DNA of 64,000 bases, from the IMG/VR virus record IMGVR_UViG_3300027874_000011, positions 8,121 through 72,120 of that record; one strand, written 5' to 3'. Source of the stretch: a virus. Taxonomy: Duplodnaviria > Caudoviricetes. The notes under the pieces are model-generated. The model had not been told where the DNA came from and ran no database searches. It saw nothing but the letters and a program-made list of their open reading frames with translations. Position numbers and translations under genes: made by a program. Below, in pieces: positions 20,105-28,388 of the stretch (positions within the stretch are counted from its first letter, which is position 1; each line of letters begins with the position of its first letter).

Positions 20105-21966
20105 CAGATCACCGGTCCGTCTTCGCGTCGGGCAGTGCGGATACGGCCCGCTCCTGGCGTCTCAGCCCGGTCCTGGCCGTCGCGCTGTTGCTGCCGCCGC
20201 CGCTGCTTCTCGCGCTCTGGCAGCAGCGACCAGATGTTGACCGAGCGTAGCGCGGCCTGCTCCTGGGCACGGATGGCGGGGTTGTCAGCCGGGATGATGT
20301 CTTCGATGGCGAAGCGCAGCGTCTCGATCAGATCGAGCGTCTCGTCTTCACTGCAGTCGCCGGTCGCCTGGGACACCGCGAACTCCAGATCCGAGCCGAC
20401 CCAACCGTGGGTGGGCGCACCGAATTCGATCAGCGAGGCCACCGGCACGTCCGGGAACCCGTAGCGCGTCAGCAGCCGACCCAGGATGTCTACCCGCTCC
20501 TCCTCCGTCTCGGGAGCCAGCAGCGCGGCCTTGATGTCGATGCGGCCCGTCCGCTTCATCGCCTCGGGTACCTGCTCAGGGTAGTTGCACGCCGCCATCA
20601 GGAAGATCCGACCCCGGTGCGACTCGTCACCGAGCCACTCCTGCAGCCGCTTCTGCATCGCCGCATCTACCGGGTGCTCGTCTTCGCCCTGTCCCGAGCC
20701 GAATGCTTTGTCGTACTCGTCAATGAACAGGAACGTTGGGGCGAACATCTCGGCACCCTCGATCAGCGTCTCCAGATTGCGCTCAGAGCTACCGACCCAC
20801 TTCTCCTTCAAGACCTTGATCTCGATGGCGTTGACGCGCGTCTCTTTGGCGCACGCCACGGCAATGGCGCTCTTGCCCGTGCCTGGCGGTCCCGAGAGCA
20901 GCACGCCCATCGGTACACCCTTGGTGATGCCGCGCCGCATGCGCGAGATGACCTTGCGGTTCAGCACGTCTTTGAGACGGACGTTGCCGCCGATGCCCTC
21001 GAAGCCGAACGATGGCTCCAGACGCTTGAGCACCGAGCCGTAGCGCACGTCGAGTAGCTCTTGCCCACGCTCCAGGGCCAGCCGCCGCGTGAGTGGCTGA
21101 TCGCCCGCCCGCAGCGTAATGTCTTCGATGTCCCGCCGGTTCTGGCCCGCCGTGATCGCGGCGAACTCCTCAGCGGTGAACGCCGGATCCCACCTGAGCC
21201 ACGGCTTGAGGTCAATCAGGTCACGGATGAACTGCAGCCGCTCGGCCGTGTCTGGCAGCGGCACCCGAATTGGCCGCAGGCCCGACGCCTTGACGACATC
21301 CTCGTGGACCTCAGATGCCGACCGAGCCAGGAACACGATGGGGTTCTGCGCGAACTCCAGATCCGTGTCCGTCGAGGCTTCCTCGACCATCTCAAGGATC
21401 AGCCCGCGCTCCGGGGTGATCGCGTTCTTGTCAGCCGCCGGGATCATGATGTCGGCCCGCGCGATGATGACCGCCGCGCTACCCGCACCACCTGGCACGA
21501 CTGGCCCCGAGTGAGGGTCGTCGGGGTCGTTGTAGCGAGCCTTTTTCAGGAAGTCCAGGGCGAGGCGCAGCATCGCACTTGGCTCCGTGGGAAGCGGGAA
21601 ATCGTCTGGATGCGCCTCAGACCACAGGTCGCCTTGCGTCAGCGCTGCGCGCTCGTCAGGGTCTGATGGTAGCTCGAAGCCCATCGTGGCCTCGAACAGA
21701 CGCCGCATCCTGGGATTGGGGAAGGTGATCTTGTTGCCGTGGATGGTCAAGACCACATCGCGCCGGGGGTGCTCCTGCGTCCCCATGAACTGACCCTCGA
21801 TCCATTCTTGGACCGGCCAGCCCGGGAACACGAAGTCGAAGATGTTCCCCGTCACGAGGAACATGTGCGACTCGCCCCTGGCGAAACGCTGCCGCAGGGT
21901 ATCGAACCACTGTGGCGCGAGCCGCTCTGCGTCCAGAGCGTTGATAACGGTTTCGATGGCGGACAC
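20104..21966 (-). CDS. AAA+ ATPase (CDC48/Ycf46/SpoVK-like)
   Basis: Walker A GPPGTGKS, Walker B LFIDEYDK, SRH AACNYPEQVPEAMKRTGRID; degenerate N-terminal AAA-like half. Confidence 0.92.
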   Translation of the reverse strand: MSAIETVINALDAERLAPQWFDTLRQRFARGESHMFLVTGNIFDFVFPGWPVQEWIEGQFMGTQEHPRRDVVLTIHGNKITFPNPRMRRLFEATMGFELPSDPDERAALTQGDLWSEAHPDDFPLPTEPSAMLRLALDFLKKARYNDPDDPHSGPVVPGGAGSAAVIIARADIMIPAADKNAITPERGLILEMVEEASTDTDLEFAQNPIVFLARSASEVHEDVVKASGLRPIRVPLPDTAERLQFIRDLIDLKPWLRWDPAFTAEEFAAITAGQNRRDIEDITLRAGDQPLTRRLALERGQELLDVRYGSVLKRLEPSFGFEGIGGNVRLKDVLNRKVISRMRRGITKGVPMGVLLSGPPGTGKSAIAVACAKETRVNAIEIKVLKEKWVGSSERNLETLIEGAEMFAPTFLFIDEYDKAFGSGQGEDEHPVDAAMQKRLQEWLGDESHRGRIFLMAACNYPEQVPEAMKRTGRIDIKAALLAPETEEERVDILGRLLTRYGFPDVPVASLIEFGAPTHGWVGSDLEFAVSQATGDCSEDETLDLIETLRFAIEDIIPADNPAIRAQEQAALRSVNIWSLLPEREKQRRRQQQRDGQDRAETPGAGRIRTARREDGPVI

Positions 21967-21995
21967 TCAAACCCTCCTTTGGTTTGTACAAGAGC

Positions 21996-22025
21996 ATTCT
22001 AACGTGTAATCGCACAAGTGCGCAA
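21996..22025 (-). promoter_or_regulatory. Sigma70-like promoter TTGCGC-N18-TAGAAT upstream of the AAA+ ATPase
   Basis: Spacer acttGTGCGAttacacgt. Confidence 0.75.
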
Positions 22026-22028
22026 CAT

Positions 22029-22286
22029 TTAGCCAACGCGGGTGACCCAGGTCGTAGAACCATCGTTCCAGTCGAAGATCTCCACGAACGAGTACGCCTT
22101 GGAGTGGCGGCGCAGATGGCGGTAGTTGGACTGCACCCAGGTCAGGATCTCGGCCAGCGTCTCGGCCTCGAACAGCATGGCTGGCTCGGGGTCGAAGTAG
22201 CCCTTCTCGCCGTGCCGCTGGTGGTCGTGGTGCCACTGGTAGGCCGCGTACCGGCTGGTAACCGGCTCGCGGCCACAGGCGACCAT
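22029..22286 (-). CDS. Small hypothetical protein
   Basis: Coupled ORF in operon. Confidence 0.6.
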   Translation of the reverse strand: MVACGREPVTSRYAAYQWHHDHQRHGEKGYFDPEPAMLFEAETLAEILTWVQSNYRHLRRHSKAYSFVEIFDWNDGSTTWVTRVG

Positions 22287-22531
22287 CAGTCGCCCGCGTC
22301 TTTGCGGACAGCCGAGATCAGGATGCGACCGTCGCCCAGGCCCCCGACCTTCAGTTCGTAGCTCATCAGGTAGGCCACGTCCTGGGGGTTGCCCAGGCCG
22401 GAGATGGTGACCGAGCCACCCTCATCCAGCGCGATCTTGATGAGCAGCAGCGTCTTGAGCACCTGGGCGTTGTCGATCTCCACCATGCCGCGCGGCACGC
22501 GGCCGTCCGAGTCCACGTATTCGATGGGCAT
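22286..22531 (-). CDS. Small hypothetical protein
   Basis: Coupled ORF in operon. Confidence 0.6.
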   Translation of the reverse strand: MPIEYVDSDGRVPRGMVEIDNAQVLKTLLLIKIALDEGGSVTISGLGNPQDVAYLMSYELKVGGLGDGRILISAVRKDAGD

Positions 22532-22534
22532 GGC

Positions 22535-25045
22535 CTAATGGTCCACCACAATCGTCGTCCGAATCAGCGGCAGGTTGGTGTCGCCCATCAGCGTGGCGCG
22601 CACCCAGGTCGGGCGCTCGCGCGGCGTGTCGCGGTACAGGATGCGGTTGTGGGCGCGCCGCCACCAGCAGTGCTTGCGCTCGAAGTCGCGCCCAGGCCCA
22701 GGGGCTTCCGAGCGCGCGGGCTTCGGCTCGGGCGCGCGCAGATGGATCACGAACGCGCCCAGGTCGTCGGGGATCGGGTGGTGGAACGGCTTGATGTTGC
22801 GCTCCACCTCGCGCCTGACGGCTCGATGCGCGCGGATGTGGGGCGTCTCGGTGTACTTGGAATTCAAGAAGCTGAGCCGCTTGAGCAGAAACTCGATCAG
22901 GCTGTGCTCCTCACCCTTGGCGATGTCCGGCCAGCGCGCACCGTAGGGCACGATGGCTCCGGTCAGCATGACCGTGCCGTCGCGCTTGTTGTCGTCGGCC
23001 AGCGGGCACCACACCTCGTAGCCGCGTGCCGTCTCCAGCACCAGCATCCAGTCGATGCGCGCCTCGGGCGCACCCATCGCCGCCTCGAAGCTCCAGAACA
23101 TGGCCGGGTGGGGTGCCAGGCCGCGTGTGACGTGGTGGGCGGGCAGATCCGGCTCGTCGGCCAACTCATCCACCTTGGAGGTCCACAGGTACGGCACCGA
23201 GTCGTGCAGCCCGTGGGTGAGGTACAGGCCCATCGCCTCGGCCATCGTCGGGTCGTCCCAATGACGGGCGATGAACGGGTCGAAGCGCATCGAGCCGTAC
23301 TTGCCCTCGGTGCCCGGGATGCCGAGCGAGGTGGCTGCGGCCAGCGTCATGCCGTACTTTTCGGCCAGCGCGTGCCACGCCTCGGTGTTGCGCCACAGCC
23401 CGTTGCGGGCCTGCTCGGAGTGGATGTGCTGCATGTAGCGCTCCAGCAGCGGATGCCGCTGGTAGCCCGCCGCGATCTGGCGGCGCTCCAGGGATTGATG
23501 CACGGCCTCGTCGCCCTCGGCCACCAGGCGCAGGTTGCCCTGCTCGTCCTCGACCATCATGGCGACCTCGCCAGTAGCACGGACGCGCGCGGCCAGATCC
23601 GGCGGCGCGTCGGGGTGGTCGGCGGACATGACCTCGATGCGCCCGTCGTGGTTGCGCACGCCCGCTCGCCGCTCGGCTCGCTCCACGTCGGTCGCCAGCT
23701 TCTGCAGCCGCGCGCCCTCGTTCTCGCGGTAGTCCACCCGCACCCGCGCGCCCGACCGATGGCGGAAGAACTGGTTGTGCAGGCGGATGCCCCACGGCCG
23801 TACGAGGTCGTGGAATTTCCTGGGCTTGCTGCGCAGGTAGCGGTTGACCAGGCTCATGCGGTCGTTGCTCTCGATGGACATGGCGCAGCGCTCGCACGCC
23901 GCCCACGCGCCAGCCGAGCGGTAGTCTTCGCCGTTCGGCGTGTCGAGCACGAAGTCGTCGCACGGGTATTCCCACGCCGGCTCGTCGGAGTTGCAGAAGT
24001 CGCAGCGGCCCTCGGCGGCATCCTCGATGCTGTTCGGTCGGAAGCTCGACATCAGGTCGGTGAATTCCGCCCGCCCATCCGGGTAGCGCTTGAGCAGCGC
24101 GAAGGCGTCTGCGCTGAACTGCGCCTCCTGCTCGGTGAACGCCTTGCCCTTGTAGCCCTTGCGCCGCGCGATGGCCGTGGTCGCCGCCGCGAAGTCTTTC
24201 ATGTTCATCGGGCCGTTCTTCTGGCGCATCGCGGCCAGTTCCTCGGCGGCTTGCTCCAAAACGCGCGAGCGCTCGGACGACTCGTTGGCCGCATCGACGG
24301 CGGTCGTCAGCTTGCGAGCCTGCTCGTCGCTCAGATCCGAGTGGTCGTGCTCGGCGTGGTCGGCGGGAGCCGTCTGCGCGGTATCGCGAACGAACGTTCG
24401 CAGGATGCCATCGACGCTGATCTTGCCACCCTGCCTGGTTGTCTCCTGGCGGGGTCGGCCGTACATCTCCGCGATGACCTTCGAGATGGGGTCGTTGTCA
24501 GCCGGCGGGTAGGCGTAAGTGAATTCACGGTCGCCCAGGCCGGAGGCGACCATCTCGTTGAACGTCTTCTGCATGTCCCACCCGCGCCGCTTGCCGAACT
24601 GGATGGCAAGCTTGGCCTCCGGGTCGCGCGTGGTCAGCAGCATGCGGCGGTCTTTGTCGTCTTCGATCTCCAGCGTGAGCGGCTCGCCGTCGTCGGGGAT
24701 CTTGCTCTGGACGCCAGCCTCGCGCTCGCGCTTCATCTCCTCGGGGATGAAGTCGGCCAGCTTGCTGACGTTCCACGTGGCTGACTCGCGGTAGCCGTCT
24801 TTGACGAAGTGGGGGTCGCTGGTGACCACCGTCACGTCGCGCTCGCCCAGGCCGGCCTCGACCAGGCGGTCGAGCGTCTCGGGGAGTAGCTCACCTTTGT
24901 GGTAGCTGTCGTCAAAGATCTTGATGATCTCCGAGTCGCCCGTCTCGATTATGGTGTCGTCACGGCGGCTGTCGTGGCCGCGATGGTCGGCGGACTTGTG
25001 CCCGCCGATCTCGGCCGAGAAGCGGTAGCGTCGGCGCTTTGCCAT
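22535..25045 (-). CDS. Large multidomain hypothetical protein (about 836 aa) with a Zn-binding CDFC...CxxC domain
   Basis: ATG at 25045 (ATGA overlap with the radical SAM stop). CDFC...WEYP...WAACERC domain; C-terminal CWWRRAH.R...WV...G..LP motif resembling a common phage VRGHWR-type domain. Confidence 0.75.
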   Translation of the reverse strand: MAKRRRYRFSAEIGGHKSADHRGHDSRRDDTIIETGDSEIIKIFDDSYHKGELLPETLDRLVEAGLGERDVTVVTSDPHFVKDGYRESATWNVSKLADFIPEEMKREREAGVQSKIPDDGEPLTLEIEDDKDRRMLLTTRDPEAKLAIQFGKRRGWDMQKTFNEMVASGLGDREFTYAYPPADNDPISKVIAEMYGRPRQETTRQGGKISVDGILRTFVRDTAQTAPADHAEHDHSDLSDEQARKLTTAVDAANESSERSRVLEQAAEELAAMRQKNGPMNMKDFAAATTAIARRKGYKGKAFTEQEAQFSADAFALLKRYPDGRAEFTDLMSSFRPNSIEDAAEGRCDFCNSDEPAWEYPCDDFVLDTPNGEDYRSAGAWAACERCAMSIESNDRMSLVNRYLRSKPRKFHDLVRPWGIRLHNQFFRHRSGARVRVDYRENEGARLQKLATDVERAERRAGVRNHDGRIEVMSADHPDAPPDLAARVRATGEVAMMVEDEQGNLRLVAEGDEAVHQSLERRQIAAGYQRHPLLERYMQHIHSEQARNGLWRNTEAWHALAEKYGMTLAAATSLGIPGTEGKYGSMRFDPFIARHWDDPTMAEAMGLYLTHGLHDSVPYLWTSKVDELADEPDLPAHHVTRGLAPHPAMFWSFEAAMGAPEARIDWMLVLETARGYEVWCPLADDNKRDGTVMLTGAIVPYGARWPDIAKGEEHSLIEFLLKRLSFLNSKYTETPHIRAHRAVRREVERNIKPFHHPIPDDLGAFVIHLRAPEPKPARSEAPGPGRDFERKHCWWRRAHNRILYRDTPRERPTWVRATLMGDTNLPLIRTTIVVDH

Positions 25046-25740
25046 CAGGCCGCGACCTCGACTTCCTCCCACAGCACCACCTGACCGGTGGCGCGCGTGG
25101 CGCGCATGTCGATCACCCGCTGGTTGCCTGAGCCGGTCCACGGCCCCGCGCCGCCTGAGAGCGCCATGACGTACGGACCGTCGATCAGCACGTCGATCTG
25201 ATCGAGCACATGCTGGACATCAGGCCCACGCCGGTTGAGCGCTTCGTAGGTGAAGCCCGAGTAGACCAGAATGTGGACATCAGGCTCCCTGGCGCGTAGC
25301 TGCGAGACGAGCCACGACAGCGCTTCCGGCTGCGCGAACGGCTCGCCGCCCAGGATGGTCACCCCGTCGTGCGGCTCCTCCAGCAGCGACTTGGCAACGT
25401 CCACGACCGGCACGTCCGTGCCAGCCTCGAAGTCCCACGTCTCGGGCACGTAGCACCCCTGGCAGCGAATCGGGCACCCCTGCATCCGCACGACCGAGCG
25501 TCGGCCCGGTCCCTCGATCAGCGATTGGTGCCAGACGCCAGAGATGCGCAGCACTGGCCCGGTGCCAGTGACGGACGGAAGGCTCATCCCGTTAGTCGGC
25601 CGCGCGCACGCGAGGCCCTCTGGCGCACCGAGCAGGCTCGCCAGGTCAGCACCGATCTCGGAGGCGATCTCCGAGTCAGTGCTCTCGACCAGCAGGTTCC
25701 CGGCCTCCTCGTCTAACAGAGCGAGAAGGATCTCGGGCAC
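25045..25740 (-). CDS. Radical SAM protein, NrdG/PFL-activase-like (4Fe-4S single cluster)
   Basis: SLIEGPGRRSVVRMQGCPIRCQGC (CxxxCxxC), GVTILGGEPFAQ, DVLIDGPY, GSGNQRVID. Confidence 0.9.
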   Translation of the reverse strand: MPEILLALLDEEAGNLLVESTDSEIASEIGADLASLLGAPEGLACARPTNGMSLPSVTGTGPVLRISGVWHQSLIEGPGRRSVVRMQGCPIRCQGCYVPETWDFEAGTDVPVVDVAKSLLEEPHDGVTILGGEPFAQPEALSWLVSQLRAREPDVHILVYSGFTYEALNRRGPDVQHVLDQIDVLIDGPYVMALSGGAGPWTGSGNQRVIDMRATRATGQVVLWEEVEVAA

Positions 25741-25742
25741 GG

Positions 25743-25955
25743 CTACTTCCTCCGCTGCGCTTGCCGCTGCGCCTGAGCGGGAGCCTTGACGACTTCCTTC
25801 TCGGTCAGTTCAGCCTTCTCGACGGTCTTCGCATCGCCGCCCAGGTCCGCGAGGTCTTTGTCGAAGTCAGACTGCAGCTTGTGCATCGACTTCGGGCCTT
25901 TGAACGACACGCTCATGCCGCCGTTCTCGTCTACTTCAAAGGTGATGGTGGGCAC
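25743..25955 (-). CDS. DUF2997-like small protein
   Basis: ITFEVDENGGMSVSFKG...FDKDLADLGG; size and position between DUF1257-like and radical SAM genes. Confidence 0.65.
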   Translation of the reverse strand: MPTITFEVDENGGMSVSFKGPKSMHKLQSDFDKDLADLGGDAKTVEKAELTEKEVVKAPAQAQRQAQRRK

Positions 25956-25994
25956 TGAATTCTCCTTGTGTCCTGAAAGAGGAGGGCTGGCGTC

Positions 25995-26474
25995 CTAGTA
26001 GGACACCAGCACCCGGGTTGCACCATTGACCGTCTGCTTGCGCACGGTCGCGTTCGCGGGGATCTTGCCGAGCGCCTTGAGGCGCGGGATGGTCTTCGTC
26101 AGCACGGTCTTGATGGCCGTGTCGCCATTGACCTTGGCGTACGCCGACTGGATGGCGTCTTCGATCTTGACGGCCTTTGGACCACCCTTGGGGTCCGCGA
26201 CCATCGCCGGAATGTGACCATCGGTCAGCATCGTGTACGACCCGTCAGCGGTCTTCGCGAAGCCCACGTCCACGTAGGAGTAGGTACCGATGCGCGAGAA
26301 CTCTGACTTGGGGATCACGATCTCGGCTGACTGCTTGTTGTCGTAGTTGTAGTAGCCCGACAGCCGGTGGGCCTTGTCGTACACCTGGGCCTGGAGGCCG
26401 AGGGTCGCGATGGCCGCGAGCAGCACCTCTTTGTTGCGAATGCCGCTCAATGCGTAGGACGTGTAGGTGGACAG
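25995..26474 (-). CDS. DUF1257 (Ycf35)-like protein; probable CTG start
   Basis: S.YT...IRNKEVLLAAIATLG...GYY...AEIVIP...DVGF.KTADGSY.ML.D pattern; strong RBS AGGAGGGTGAT just before CTG 26474. Confidence 0.75.
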   Translation of the reverse strand: MSTYTSYALSGIRNKEVLLAAIATLGLQAQVYDKAHRLSGYYNYDNKQSAEIVIPKSEFSRIGTYSYVDVGFAKTADGSYTMLTDGHIPAMVADPKGGPKAVKIEDAIQSAYAKVNGDTAIKTVLTKTIPRLKALGKIPANATVRKQTVNGATRVLVSY

Positions 26475-26524
26475 GGGATCACCCTCCTCTCTTGGTTTCG
26501 CCGTTCCTTCTTCGGCTTGATTCA

Positions 26525-26554
26525 ATTCTAACGGACGTTCGCACGGATGCGCAA
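26525..26554 (-). promoter_or_regulatory. Sigma70-like promoter TTGCGC-N18-TAGAAT upstream of the DUF1257 operon
   Basis: Spacer atccGTGCGAacgtccgt. Confidence 0.75.
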
Positions 26555-26581
26555 CCTTTTCCTGGCCGGTTCGCTCGAAGT

Positions 26582-26595
26582 GATAACGGGTTATC
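26582..26595. promoter_or_regulatory. Palindromic operator-like site GATAACGGGTTATC
   Basis: 27 bp upstream of the -35 box of the DUF1257 operon promoter. Confidence 0.75.
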
Positions 26596-26956
26596 GGTCA
26601 CCGTGCGCCTCCCACCAGCGGCGTAGCTCGTCGGTCACTTCCTCCATAGGCGACGTGTCGTTGGGGTCGTGCTCGTGCGGCCAGCCGGTCCAGGCGATGC
26701 TGCCGTCGTAGCGGTGGACGCCGTAACGCACGATAGCCTGCTGCGCCTCCTTCTCGGTGTCGAACGAGAACACGGGTAGCGCCGAGCGCGTGGCTTGCCG
26801 CTCGCGCGGACCGGCCCACTGCGCAACCGGCTTGCCGCGTGTCCAGCGCGGGTTGGGCGGATCGCCCCGTTTGCGTCGGACCCTGTAACTCAGGGTTCCG
26901 TCTGCTCATATGAGGACTTGGTAGTCCCGCGTCAGGTCGTCGGCGTTGTAGGTCAC
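26591..26956 (-). pseudogene. 121-codon ORF interrupted by an in-frame TGA at codon 17 (pseudogene or readthrough)
   Basis: GGAGG RBS and GTGA overlap at 26956; MTYNADDLTRDYQVLI*ADGTLSYRVRRKRG...LPVFSFDTEKEAQ stays in frame to TAA at 26591. Confidence 0.6.
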
Positions 26957-27330
26957 TCGGTTACCTCCCAATGGGTTAGCTCGAAGCCGTGATCGCGGAC
27001 CAAGTAGGCGCGCGGGCCGATCTGGATCACGTCACCGACGCTCATCGAGCGCCGCTGCTGGCCGTCTGGACGGTCGTCGGCGTTGTACTTGGCCCACAGC
27101 CGATTGCAGACGAACACGTCTTCGGGGTTGTCATCCCACCCCTCCTCGACGGGGCCGGCCTCGTACATGCCCAACTGCCAGTAGTCGCGGCACTGCTGCG
27201 CCCACTCGTCGCCCGTGTCGAACGGGAGCCACGGCATCTTCGAGCCGTCGAGCACGATCAGGTTGTTGTCGCGACTCGGGGTCTGCCCCGACAGGCGTAT
27301 CCAGTCGAGGTAGTGCGTCTTCACGATCAT
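26953..27330 (-). CDS. YodL-like domain protein
   Basis: LWAKYNADDRPDGQQRRSMSVGDVIQI...YLVRDHGFE matches the YodL motif (FN...RP...RSLSVSDVV...GF). Confidence 0.7.
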   Translation of the reverse strand: MIVKTHYLDWIRLSGQTPSRDNNLIVLDGSKMPWLPFDTGDEWAQQCRDYWQLGMYEAGPVEEGWDDNPEDVFVCNRLWAKYNADDRPDGQQRRSMSVGDVIQIGPRAYLVRDHGFELTHWEVTE

Positions 27331-27725
27331 CCTCGTCGTCTCTGCCGTCTCGATTTGCGCTGCTGGTCGCTGCGACGGCGCTGCTGGTCCCGAGCGTACT
27401 GCGCCAACCCCGCCTCGTAGCCAGCGTCGTACTGATGCCGCTCCTGGGCCAGCGAGCGCGTCCGCAGGATCGCTCCGCACTCGGGGCAGGTATGCCGCAG
27501 GCGGCTCAGCCCGTCCGCGACCTGGCGCGCGGTCTTGCGCCGTTCCTCGGGAATCTCCTCGATGCCCTGGCACTCAAGTGCACACTCCTCGTTCAGGATG
27601 ACGCCGTGATAGGCGCGATGCTTCTGCCACTCGTCGTGGGCGATCTGGTCGGCGTACGTCGAAGCTCGGGGCAGGCCGCGCGTCCCATCGCGGCGTCCCC
27701 GCTCGTAGGGGTTGGGGGCCGGCAT
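27327..27725 (-). CDS. Hypothetical protein
   Basis: Coupled ORF; HTCPEC. Confidence 0.6.
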   Translation of the reverse strand: MPAPNPYERGRRDGTRGLPRASTYADQIAHDEWQKHRAYHGVILNEECALECQGIEEIPEERRKTARQVADGLSRLRHTCPECGAILRTRSLAQERHQYDAGYEAGLAQYARDQQRRRSDQQRKSRRQRRRG

Positions 27726-27728
27726 CGC

Positions 27729-28328
27729 TCAGTAGCAGGTATCGCAGGCGCAATGAGCGTGGCGTCCGCCACTGGCTGGCGACCCTGAGCGGCAGTTCGG
27801 GGAGCCGTTGTGGGATGGCCCAGGTCCGCCGCGCTTGCATAGCTCGCAGTCGGGGTTGTCGGCATATGCCTTGGCGCGCTCGCGCGGCGTGCCGGGCACC
27901 AGCGGTTGAGCCGCTTGGGTCGGCTGAGACATCTGTTCGGTCAGATGCCTGGCGCGCGACGGCCGGTTGACCGGGAAGCCGTTGTCTGTGCGCGGACGTG
28001 GCGCGGGCGGCGGGGGAGGTGGCGCTGCGGGGCGCTGCATCTCGCGCTCACGCTGCATCTGCATCTGGCGCTCGATGTGGCGCTCGACCTCGCGCAACGG
28101 CTCGTCGGGGGTGACATACGGGCTGATTGACCGGCGCATGGGTGGGCGCGGTCCCTGCTGGACGCAATCGAGGTGCGAGGTGCGGCCTTTGGGTCGGCCA
28201 GCTTCGGGGTCGGCGGGCAGGAAGCTCACCGTATCCCCGGCGTTGATCGGGTTGCGGCAGTCCCAACAGCGACTGTCGTATCGGGCGACTATCACGCGAG
28301 GTGTGGTGGACACTGGTTCTCCTTGCAT
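27729..28328 (-). CDS. Hypothetical protein with Cys/His metal-binding termini and Pro-rich linker
   Basis: CWDC...H..C at the N-terminus; CELC...H...C...HCACDTC at the C-terminus. Confidence 0.65.
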   Translation of the reverse strand: MQGEPVSTTPRVIVARYDSRCWDCRNPINAGDTVSFLPADPEAGRPKGRTSHLDCVQQGPRPPMRRSISPYVTPDEPLREVERHIERQMQMQREREMQRPAAPPPPPPAPRPRTDNGFPVNRPSRARHLTEQMSQPTQAAQPLVPGTPRERAKAYADNPDCELCKRGGPGPSHNGSPNCRSGSPASGGRHAHCACDTCY

Positions 28329-28332
28329 GCTC

Positions 28333-28362
28333 AGTGTACCCGATCAGCGCACGTCTTCGCTA
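28333..28362 (-). promoter_or_regulatory. Sigma70-like promoter TAGCGA-N18-TACACT
   Basis: Spacer agacGTGCGctgatcggg. Confidence 0.55.
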
Positions 28363-28388
28363 GAATTCGCACGCCGACCGGGTGGGTA

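Noticed and set aside
25045-25740. Calling the radical SAM gene nrdG of a class III ribonucleotide reductase
   Set aside because: No nrdD in the window, and the neighbourhood is DUF1257/DUF2997/AAA.
26906-26908. Genome-wide TGA recoding or selenocysteine
   Set aside because: Many genes end in TGA with ATGA/GTGA coupling; no SECIS-like hairpin or redox Cys context recognised.
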